32,000 nucleotides of DNA from NCBI GenBank assembly GCA_021650895.1, contig CP091278.1:323736-355735 (forward strand), in the 5' to 3' direction. The translations under genes and the position numbers were made by a program. The notes beneath the pieces are model-generated. The model was not told the origin of the DNA. It searched no databases and saw nothing but the letters and a program-made list of their open reading frames with translations. Origin of the DNA: Candidatus Jettenia sp. Lineage in GTDB: Bacteria; Planctomycetota; Brocadiia; Brocadiales; Brocadiaceae. Within the stretch, counting starts at the first letter, position 1. Each line of letters opens with the position of its first letter. This document shows, one piece after another, positions 17,733 to 25,064 of this stretch.

Positions 17733-18428
17733 ATGCCATCTACAAAGGATAGAGTTGATAATCTTGAGAGGGTACTTGCAGAATATATTAAAAATATTGG
17801 CAATGCCCAGATGCAGACCGAAAGAGAAATTCGGGAATTCAAGGAAGAGGTGAAAGAGTTTAAAGATGAGATGAAGGAGTTTAAAGATGAAATGAAGGAA
17901 TTCAAAGACGAGATGAAGGAGTTCAAAGATGAAATGAAGGAATTTAAGGACGAGATGAAGGAATTCAAGGACGAGATGAGGGAAGATAGAAGAAATATGA
18001 ACAAAAAGTGGGGTGAAATTGCCAATAAGATGGGGACGGTGGTAGAAGATATCGTAGCGCCCAATATCCCACGGATTGCACAAGAATATTTTCAATGCGA
18101 AGATGCGGAATTTTTTGGGTTAAGGGTAACGAAAAGAAATTCAAAGGATAAATCAAGAAGCAGGGAGTTTGATATAATCGCTGTATACGATGATAAGATA
18201 CTCATAAACGAAACTAAATCTTCACCAAGGATTGATTACATCAACGAATTTATCGAGGTACTGAAAGAGGTTTACGATTACTTTCCCGAGTATAAAGGAA
18301 AAAGAATAATTCCCATATTTTCTTCCCTTTATATTCCGGAAAATGTGGTAACGTATCTTACGAAAGTGAAAGTTTACGCCATGGCTATGAAGGATGATGT
18401 CATGGAGTTGTTGAATCCCCATATTTGA
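17733..18428 (+). CDS. Coiled-coil heptad-repeat protein with a C-terminal PD-(D/E)XK nuclease-fold domain (DUF3782-like architecture)
   Basis: Seven EFK(D/E)E(M/V)(K/R) heptads, then ..EFDIIAV..x..INETKS (a D..ExK motif). The ORF-track ATG at 17697 lies inside the repeated 21-mer, so ATG 17733 is preferred. Confidence 0.7.
   Translation: MPSTKDRVDNLERVLAEYIKNIGNAQMQTEREIREFKEEVKEFKDEMKEFKDEMKEFKDEMKEFKDEMKEFKDEMKEFKDEMREDRRNMNKKWGEIANKMGTVVEDIVAPNIPRIAQEYFQCEDAEFFGLRVTKRNSKDKSRSREFDIIAVYDDKILINETKSSPRIDYINEFIEVLKEVYDYFPEYKGKRIIPIFSSLYIPENVVTYLTKVKVYAMAMKDDVMELLNPHI
17835..17981 (+). repeat. 7 x 21-bp in-frame tandem repeat
   Basis: Units start at 17835, 17856, 17877, 17898, 17919, 17940 and 17961. 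Units 2-6 differ only at synonymous third positions. Confidence 0.9.
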
Positions 18429-18495
18429 TATAACGGGCAATCTCCTTTTGACAGATACGCATCAATTTTAAAAATATTCAAATGAGGTATTATTT

Positions 18496-19728
18496 CTGAT
18501 TACTGAAAAAAATAAGTCAAAAGTAGTAATTACCGGATTAGGACTGGTTACCCCTGTTGGGATAGGTGTTCAAAAAAGTTGGGAATCCTTTATCCATGGC
18601 CGCGATGGAGCTAATGAGATGAAGTCATTCGATACCTCCCATTACAAGGTTCACCGTTCTTGTGAGGTAAAGGATTTTCATCTGGATGTTGAATTAGAGA
18701 ATCAAATAAAGGAAAATACCATCCATAAATATGTTTATTATGCAGCCCGGGAGGCATTGCAGGAAAGCGGTTTGTTGCATGATAAGAGCAGCTTTAATAA
18801 GGAACGTTTTGGTATTGCCATGGGAACCTTAGCGGCTGAATTAACACCTCATGAAAGACTTTTACGATTACATACCTCAAAAAAAGATAACGGTTTTGAT
18901 AAGATTGTTGCTGCTGTTTATCCTCCAAATTCTATTACGAATATCCTTGCTCAATATTTTCACTTTGAAGGGCCTACCATGGTCTCACTGAATGCCTGTT
19001 CTTCAGGTAATCATGCCATTGCCTGGGCTTACGACCTTCTTATAGAAAATAAGGTAGATGTTGTAATGGTTGGTGGAGGGGATATGATCCCTCAAACGGA
19101 ATTTACTCATTTCCATAATCTCAAAGCGCTTGCTCCTGAACACTGTCAGCCTTTTGATAAAAACAGGCAAGGACTCATGATCGGAGAAGGAGCCGGTATC
19201 TTGATCATGGAACGTTATGAATTTGCCAGGAAAAGGGGGGCAGTTATTATTGCTGAAATGGCGGGTTATGGATTAAGCTGTGATGGATTCCATATGACAG
19301 CACCTCATCCGGAAGGTGAAGGTGCTGTAAAATGTATGAGTGATGCGCTAAAAATGGCAAGACTTTCTCCGTCTGATATTGGCTATATCAATGCACATGG
19401 TACGGGTACACCACATAATGATAAGGCGGAGACTATTGCTATAAAGCACCTATTCAGAGATCATGCTTATAACATTCCCTGCAGTTCTACAAAATCCATG
19501 ATAGGTCATCTTATGGGTGCAGCGAGTGCTGTAGAATCTGTTATATGCTGCCTTGCATTACGATACGGAATATTGCCTCCAACAATTCATTACCATACAC
19601 CTGATCCGGAGTGTGACCTTGATTACGTACCTAATAGGGCACGGGAGTTAACCGTTAAGCATGTTTTAAATAACTCATTTGCCTTTGGTGGTAATAACGC
19701 TACCACGATATTCAGTAAAATAGAATAG
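18496..19728 (+). CDS. Beta-ketoacyl-ACP synthase (KAS I/II, FabF-like), catalytically intact
   Basis: Cys-His-His triad present: NACSSG (Cys codon 18997-18999), NAHGTGT, GHLMG. The conserved N-terminus KVVITGLGLVTPVG is encoded upstream of the first ATG (18619). The start is therefore placed at CTG 18496 (or ATT 18499), after a GAGGT Shine-Dalgarno at 18484-18488. Confidence 0.8.
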   Translation: MITEKNKSKVVITGLGLVTPVGIGVQKSWESFIHGRDGANEMKSFDTSHYKVHRSCEVKDFHLDVELENQIKENTIHKYVYYAAREALQESGLLHDKSSFNKERFGIAMGTLAAELTPHERLLRLHTSKKDNGFDKIVAAVYPPNSITNILAQYFHFEGPTMVSLNACSSGNHAIAWAYDLLIENKVDVVMVGGGDMIPQTEFTHFHNLKALAPEHCQPFDKNRQGLMIGEGAGILIMERYEFARKRGAVIIAEMAGYGLSCDGFHMTAPHPEGEGAVKCMSDALKMARLSPSDIGYINAHGTGTPHNDKAETIAIKHLFRDHAYNIPCSSTKSMIGHLMGAASAVESVICCLALRYGILPPTIHYHTPDPECDLDYVPNRARELTVKHVLNNSFAFGGNNATTIFSKIE

Positions 19729-19741
19729 TCTTTACATACTT

Positions 19742-20971
19742 ATGAAACGAAGAGTCGTAGTTACAGGAATAGGGATTGTATCACCTCTTGGATTTACCAA
19801 AGAGGATTTTTGGAATAACCTCATAGAGGGAAAATCGGGCATTGTGCCAATGACATCTCTTGATCTCTCACCATATACATGCAAGCTTGGCGGAGAGGTT
19901 AGAGACCTTCATCCCGAAATCTATCTTGGTAATAAAGGTTTGAAGTACTTACATAAAGGCACAAGGTTCTTAGGATCGGCCACGAAGATGGCGCTTGATG
20001 ATGCAAAGTTACCGCAGGATGGTTCTTTATCGGATCAAACAGGTGTGGTTATTGGGTCGTCTTTAGGCAATTTTTCTGAAACAACAGATTATTTCTATGA
20101 GATTATCAGAAATAATCCTTCAGAATTATCGCCGATGGTCAGCTATGATGTCGCATTAAATTCTTCAATTAACTACGTTTCTGTTACCTTTAAGATAAAG
20201 GGACTTGCACGGACTATATCAGCAGGTTTCACATCAAGTGCGGATGCGATAGGGAATGCATATGGCATAATTCAGCGAGATATGGCCAAAGTTATTGTTG
20301 CGGGTGGAGTCGAGCAGATTTCTATCGACCTGTATCTCATATTTTATCTGCGAGGTCTCTTATCAGGTCTTGATGGCACAAAGGAGGCTAGTTTACCCTT
20401 CGATAATAAAAGGAATGGTTTTGTAATGTCTGAAGGCAGTTATGTGGTTATTCTCGAAGAGCTTCAGCATGCTCTGGACAGAGGAGCGCCTATCTACGCA
20501 GAAGTAAGAGGCTTTGGGAACACCTTTGTAGGCGGTAAAAATTATTCGAAAGAGGAAAGGACACGCCGTGTTGAAAGGGCCATGTACAGCGCCTTAGAAG
20601 AAGCAGATATTCAGAAAGAAACTATTGATCTTATCAGCGCAAATGCAAATGGATGCAAAATGCAGGACGCTATTGAAGCACAGGCAATCCAATCCTTTTA
20701 TGGCTCAAAGGGCAATGATATTCCTATCTCGGCAATAAAATCGAATATGGGTGAATCTTATGGTGCCGCAGGTGCTGCTCAGTTTATTTCTACTGTAATG
20801 TCTATACATACCAGCACAATACCCCACATCATTAATCACAACGAAAAAGATCCGAAAGTTAATCTAAACCTTATCCTGCAGAATCCCGTCAGGAAAGAAA
20901 TTCAAAATGCAATGGTAAACACCATGGATTACGATGGAAATAATTCATGTTTGGTGATAAGTAAATTATGA
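19742..20971 (+). CDS. Ketosynthase-like protein lacking the catalytic triad (chain-length-factor/KS-beta-like partner)
   Basis: Full-length thiolase-fold KS homologue. Cys->Phe (codon 20228-20230), His->Asn (20642-20644), His->Glu (20753-20755). It starts 13 nt after the KS stop. Confidence 0.8.
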   Translation: MKRRVVVTGIGIVSPLGFTKEDFWNNLIEGKSGIVPMTSLDLSPYTCKLGGEVRDLHPEIYLGNKGLKYLHKGTRFLGSATKMALDDAKLPQDGSLSDQTGVVIGSSLGNFSETTDYFYEIIRNNPSELSPMVSYDVALNSSINYVSVTFKIKGLARTISAGFTSSADAIGNAYGIIQRDMAKVIVAGGVEQISIDLYLIFYLRGLLSGLDGTKEASLPFDNKRNGFVMSEGSYVVILEELQHALDRGAPIYAEVRGFGNTFVGGKNYSKEERTRRVERAMYSALEEADIQKETIDLISANANGCKMQDAIEAQAIQSFYGSKGNDIPISAIKSNMGESYGAAGAAQFISTVMSIHTSTIPHIINHNEKDPKVNLNLILQNPVRKEIQNAMVNTMDYDGNNSCLVISKL

Positions 20972-21369
20972 GCAAACTGTTTGAAGAAATACCTGTCGGT
21001 CAGATGGCAGTAAAAAACAGGATAATCATGTCTGCCATGGATTTGGGATTTACTTCTGACGGTACAGTGAATGACCGGATTATTCGTTTTTACGAGGATC
21101 GTGCCAAAGGTGGTGTTGGTCTTATTGTTGTAGGCGGTTGTTATCCGGAAATGAATGGTAAGGTTTGGAAGAGTATTATTGGATTAGACAAGGATGAGCT
21201 TATTCCGGGATTACGAAGATTAACCGATACTGTTCATGCCTATCAGGTGCGTATCGCCGCTCAGTTGCTTCACGGTGGCCGCAGCGCCTCATCCTTCTTT
21301 ACAAAATGCAGCCTGTTTCTCCCTCTCCCCTGGTGCACAGAAGTATCAAACAGGAACCTCATGCCCTGA
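20968..21369 (+). CDS. N-terminal fragment of a 2,4-dienoyl-CoA reductase/enoate reductase (OYE-like FMN domain); out of frame after about codon 113
   Basis: Homology (..AAQLLHGGR..) ends near 21305, and the remaining 20 codons are unrelated. The start overlaps the previous stop codon (ATGA). Confidence 0.7.
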   Translation: MSKLFEEIPVGQMAVKNRIIMSAMDLGFTSDGTVNDRIIRFYEDRAKGGVGLIVVGGCYPEMNGKVWKSIIGLDKDELIPGLRRLTDTVHAYQVRIAAQLLHGGRSASSFFTKCSLFLPLPWCTEVSNRNLMP

Positions 21370-22988
21370 CAGTTTCAGAGATTAAAACGGTTATCGGTAA
21401 TTATGTCAGCGCAACCGTAAGGGCAAAAAAGGCCGGCTTTGATGCCGTGGAGCTTCACGGTGGTATGGGATATCTCATTAATCAATTCCTTTCAAAGGCT
21501 ACCAATAAGCGTGATGATGAGTATGGTGGAAGTCTTGAAAACAGAGTTCGTTTTGCCAGGGAGATAATAATCGCCATAAAAGAAGCCGTTGGGAAGGACT
21601 ATCCTATCATCTTTCGAATGTCAGGAGATGATCTTGTTGCAGAAGGGCTCAAAATAGATGAGAGTCTGGAAATTGCCCGGATGTTAGAGCAATCAGGTGC
21701 TGATGCCTTTAACGTATCTCCTGGCTGGCATGAGAGCAGAACGCCTATCCTATCAATGATTATTCCACGGATGGCTTATACCTTTCTTTCACAAAGGATC
21801 AAATCATGCGTAAAAGTTCCGGTAATTGCCTCAGTCAGAATAAACGATCTTACCCTGGCCGAAGAGATCTTAGGCAATGAGCAGGCAGACATGGTATCCC
21901 TTGGCAGACCACTCATCGTAGATCCTGATTTGCCGAATAAATACAAAAACGGGCAATTTGATGATATCAGAACATGTATTGCCTGTAATCAGGGTTGCTT
22001 TGATTCTTTGCTGAATTTTAAATCCGTTTCCTGTACGTATAATGCAATGGCAGGACATGAAGGTGAATATAAAATAATTCCATCGAGCAAACCGAAAAAG
22101 GTGGTGGTCGTAGGTGGAGGACCTGCCGGTATGGAAGCTGCCCGTGTTTTGGCATTACGGGGACACAGGGTTACCTTGTATGAGAGGAAAAAACACCTGG
22201 GCGGTCAATTACGGTATGCCTTTATTCCTCCGGGACGTGAAGAAATACAAAATATTATCACCTACCTGGAAAAGCAGATTTTCAGGCTTAAGGTACATAT
22301 AAAAACCGGAAAAGAGGCTGATTTACCAACGTTACAGGAGGAACATCCCGATGCCATAGTTGTAGCCACGGGCGGAAATCCTGTCATGCCTAATCTTCCC
22401 GGTATAAAAGGGAAACAGGTATATACAGCAAGTACTATATTGGAGGGAAAAGTTTTACCGGGAAAGGACGTGGTCATACTTGGCGGTGGAACTGTAGGAT
22501 GTGAGGTGGCACTGCACATAGCCAAACAGGGAACAATGCGGCCTGATGTGGCTTGTTTTCTGCTAAAACACAAGGTGCTCAGCGACAGGGATGTCATTGA
22601 ATACACTACAAGGGGAAATAAGAATGTCACCATTCTGGAAATGAAAAAGAAAATAGGTGGCGGATTTGGTATTTCCACACGATGGGTTATTCTCAATGAG
22701 TTAAAAGACGCGGGGGTAAAAGAAATAACAGAAGTGCGGGTGAAGGAAATAATACATACTAGTGAAAATGGCAGAAAAACGGAAGGTGTCGTTTATGAAA
22801 AGGGCGGAAAAGATTATTTTATCAAGGCAGATACCGTTATTATTGCTGTCGGGTACAGTCCTTATAACGATATACAAAAGCAGATAGAAGGAAAGTTTCC
22901 GGAGATATATTGTATTGGTGATTGCGTTAAGGTTCGCACTGCATTAGAAGCTATTCACGAAGGTTTTGAAGTTGCCTTAAAGATATAA
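21306..22988 (+). CDS. C-terminal 560 aa of the same FadH-type reductase (rest of the TIM barrel, 4Fe-4S, FAD/NAD(P)H domains)
   Basis: PSPL..ELHGGMGYLINQFLS, CIACNQGC..C cluster motif, VVVVGGGPAGMEAA dinucleotide fold. No Shine-Dalgarno before ATG 21306. Confidence 0.8.
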   Translation: MQPVSPSPLVHRSIKQEPHALTVSEIKTVIGNYVSATVRAKKAGFDAVELHGGMGYLINQFLSKATNKRDDEYGGSLENRVRFAREIIIAIKEAVGKDYPIIFRMSGDDLVAEGLKIDESLEIARMLEQSGADAFNVSPGWHESRTPILSMIIPRMAYTFLSQRIKSCVKVPVIASVRINDLTLAEEILGNEQADMVSLGRPLIVDPDLPNKYKNGQFDDIRTCIACNQGCFDSLLNFKSVSCTYNAMAGHEGEYKIIPSSKPKKVVVVGGGPAGMEAARVLALRGHRVTLYERKKHLGGQLRYAFIPPGREEIQNIITYLEKQIFRLKVHIKTGKEADLPTLQEEHPDAIVVATGGNPVMPNLPGIKGKQVYTASTILEGKVLPGKDVVILGGGTVGCEVALHIAKQGTMRPDVACFLLKHKVLSDRDVIEYTTRGNKNVTILEMKKKIGGGFGISTRWVILNELKDAGVKEITEVRVKEIIHTSENGRKTEGVVYEKGGKDYFIKADTVIIAVGYSPYNDIQKQIEGKFPEIYCIGDCVKVRTALEAIHEGFEVALKI

Positions 22989-23045
22989 CATGTTTTTACC
23001 CCGGATAGATACAGACAAGCATAGATAACAATAAGGGTTTTGACA

Positions 23046-23852
23046 ATGAAAGATATCCGCATGAATCGTGGTGATAACTCCGGTTATGATCACATTGAAT
23101 TTGAAGAAATCAGGACAAATAATGGTAAGGCCATCGGTATTATTTATCTGAAAAAACCTCCACGAAACTCTATAGGTTCATGGCTTCTGGATGCCCTCTA
23201 TGATAAGATGGATCAATATGAGGGTGATGAGAGAGTGGGCGCTATTATTATTGCCAGTAAACTAAGGGGCGTCTTTAGTGACGGCGCTGACCGTGATGAG
23301 CTCTTTGGCACCTGGATATCGGGTCTTGTAGCTGATAAGAATTATGAGCGGTTTCATCGCGCTCATGAGATGTTTGTGGAGATTGAAAATTGTAAAAAGC
23401 CTGTTATTGCTGCCATAAACGGAGTTACGATCGGTGCTGGTTTAGAGCTTGCTATGCTGTGTGACCTGCGTATTGCATCTGAACTTTCCTTTTTCAGCCT
23501 GCCAGAGGCAAAACCTGAACTGAGTATTATTCCCGGTCTTGGAGGCACACAGCGTTTGCCCCGTTATATCGGTATGGCACGTGCTAAGGAGATGCTGTTT
23601 TTAGGAAAGATGATCCGTGCTGAGACTGCTTTGGAATGGGGTCTCATTAATCAAATTTCACCTCATAAAGAGGTTATAGATCATGCCATAGTTTTGGCAG
23701 AAACGCTGTTAAAACGAGATGCAAGGGCACTCAAAGAGATGAAGAAATGTATCAATTTTGCGGGAGAGAACGATATCCTGAAAGGTATTGAATATGAGGT
23801 GGGTCTCTTTGCAGAGATGATGCGATTAAAATTTTCGAATAAGGGTAAATAA
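23046..23852 (+). CDS. Enoyl-CoA hydratase/isomerase (crotonase) family protein
   Basis: Oxyanion and catalytic motifs ING..GAGLELAMLCD and LPEAKPELSIIPGLGGTQRL; both catalytic Glu positions are present. The ORF track opens at TTG 23040. Confidence 0.85.
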   Translation: MKDIRMNRGDNSGYDHIEFEEIRTNNGKAIGIIYLKKPPRNSIGSWLLDALYDKMDQYEGDERVGAIIIASKLRGVFSDGADRDELFGTWISGLVADKNYERFHRAHEMFVEIENCKKPVIAAINGVTIGAGLELAMLCDLRIASELSFFSLPEAKPELSIIPGLGGTQRLPRYIGMARAKEMLFLGKMIRAETALEWGLINQISPHKEVIDHAIVLAETLLKRDARALKEMKKCINFAGENDILKGIEYEVGLFAEMMRLKFSNKGK

Positions 23853-23923
23853 GGCATATTTTGAAAGTGCTTCCCATATTTTTTACCTTATAAAGAGAAA
23901 CGACTAATCAAAAGGAGGTAATT

Positions 23924-24667
23924 ATGGAGTTCAAGGATACCGTAGCAATAGTTACGGGTGGTACCCGGGGTATAGGCAAGTCAATCGCATTAGAACTGGC
24001 AAAAAACGGCTGCAACATAGCCTTTAACTACAATAAAAATACCGATGCTGCCCATCTTCTGGTAAAGGAAATTGAATCGATGGGTACAAAGGCCATTTCT
24101 TTCCAGGTAAATGCAGCCAGCTTTGAAGGTGCTAAGAATATGGTAAAAGAAGTGAAGGATAGATTTGGAAAGATTGATTTCCTGGTAAATAATGCCGGTA
24201 TTACCCGTGATAAACTCCTCGCTTTAATGGCAGAGAATGATTGGGATGATGTTATCAATACCAATCTCAAAAGTGTTTATAATTTTTCTAAATCGGTAAT
24301 TACCCAGATGATCAAACAAAAATCCGGTAGTATCCTGAATATAACCTCAGTAAGCGGAATAACGGGAATAGCAGGTCAGGTAAACTATTCTTCCTCCAAG
24401 GCCGGTATGATAGGATTTACCAAGGCCCTTGCCAAAGAGGTGGGGAAGGCAAATATTACGGTAAATGCAATAGCCTGCGGCTTTATTGAAACAGATATGA
24501 CGGCAGTTTTACCTCAGGAATATAAGGATAAAATGATTGAGATGATTCCGGTAAGAAGATTTGGCACACCTGATGATGTCGCTAAAGCGGCGATTTTCCT
24601 GTTATCAGACCATGCTAAATACATTACCGGTCATGTAATTAGTGTCGATGGTGGTTTAGCAATGTAG
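23924..24667 (+). CDS. fabG: 3-oxoacyl-ACP reductase (SDR)
   Basis: TGGTRGIGKS, NNAG, S..YSSSK catalytic motif, 247 aa. AAGGAGG Shine-Dalgarno. Confidence 0.85.
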   Translation: MEFKDTVAIVTGGTRGIGKSIALELAKNGCNIAFNYNKNTDAAHLLVKEIESMGTKAISFQVNAASFEGAKNMVKEVKDRFGKIDFLVNNAGITRDKLLALMAENDWDDVINTNLKSVYNFSKSVITQMIKQKSGSILNITSVSGITGIAGQVNYSSSKAGMIGFTKALAKEVGKANITVNAIACGFIETDMTAVLPQEYKDKMIEMIPVRRFGTPDDVAKAAIFLLSDHAKYITGHVISVDGGLAM

Positions 24668-24747
24668 AAAGAGAGTGGAGTCCTGATTCCTGTAGGAAAC
24701 CAGGAAACGTTACCGTTGCAACTATTGTAAATTGAAAGGTAAAGACT

Positions 24748-25059
24748 ATGCTATTTTTATTAAAAGTTGAAATAAAGCAAATGCCCCCTTTGCCGGTAAA
24801 AGACTTTTTGGAATATGTTATAAAAGAATGGGAATATTTTTCACGATTTCAAAGGCGTGGCAAGATTATAGCGGGTGGGAAATTAGCTGGTAAGAGGGGG
24901 GCTGCGGCTATAATCGATGCTGAATCCAATGAAGAGATGGAAGAGATCGTCTCAAAATTACCGCTCTTTCCGTTCTTTACCGATATAGAAATTACGCCTC
25001 TTGTGCCTATGGAGAAGGCACTTCTGGATACCAAGAGGATTCATTCGCTGATGAAGTAG
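24748..25059 (+). CDS. Muconolactone delta-isomerase-fold small protein
   Basis: 103 aa. MLF..K.. N-terminus and the LPLFPFFTDIEITPL signature align, by my recollection, with CatC-type muconolactone isomerases (LPLFPYMDIEV). Confidence 0.55.
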   Translation: MLFLLKVEIKQMPPLPVKDFLEYVIKEWEYFSRFQRRGKIIAGGKLAGKRGAAAIIDAESNEEMEEIVSKLPLFPFFTDIEITPLVPMEKALLDTKRIHSLMK

Positions 25060-25064
25060 CGGCG

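Noticed and set aside
17835-17981. Regular 21-bp repeats, considered as a CRISPR-like array
   Set aside because: The units are contiguous with no spacers, in frame inside a coding sequence, and encode a heptad coiled coil.
17648-18095. Two 138-aa minus-strand ORFs (17648-18064 and 17679-18095)
   Set aside because: They are antisense shadows of the tandem repeat, with low-complexity SSLNSFI/LHLVFEF repeats. The + strand ORF has a recognisable nuclease-fold C-terminus.
18619-19728. The ORF-track start (ATG 18619) for the ketosynthase
   Set aside because: It would delete about 40 residues, including the universally conserved VVITGxG strand that is clearly encoded in frame upstream.
21306-21369. 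The last 20 codons of ORF 20968-21369 (CSLFLPLPWCTEVSNRNLMP), considered as a genuine C-terminus
   Set aside because: Homology to the reductase family continues in the -1 frame from 21306, so this tail is out-of-frame read-through.
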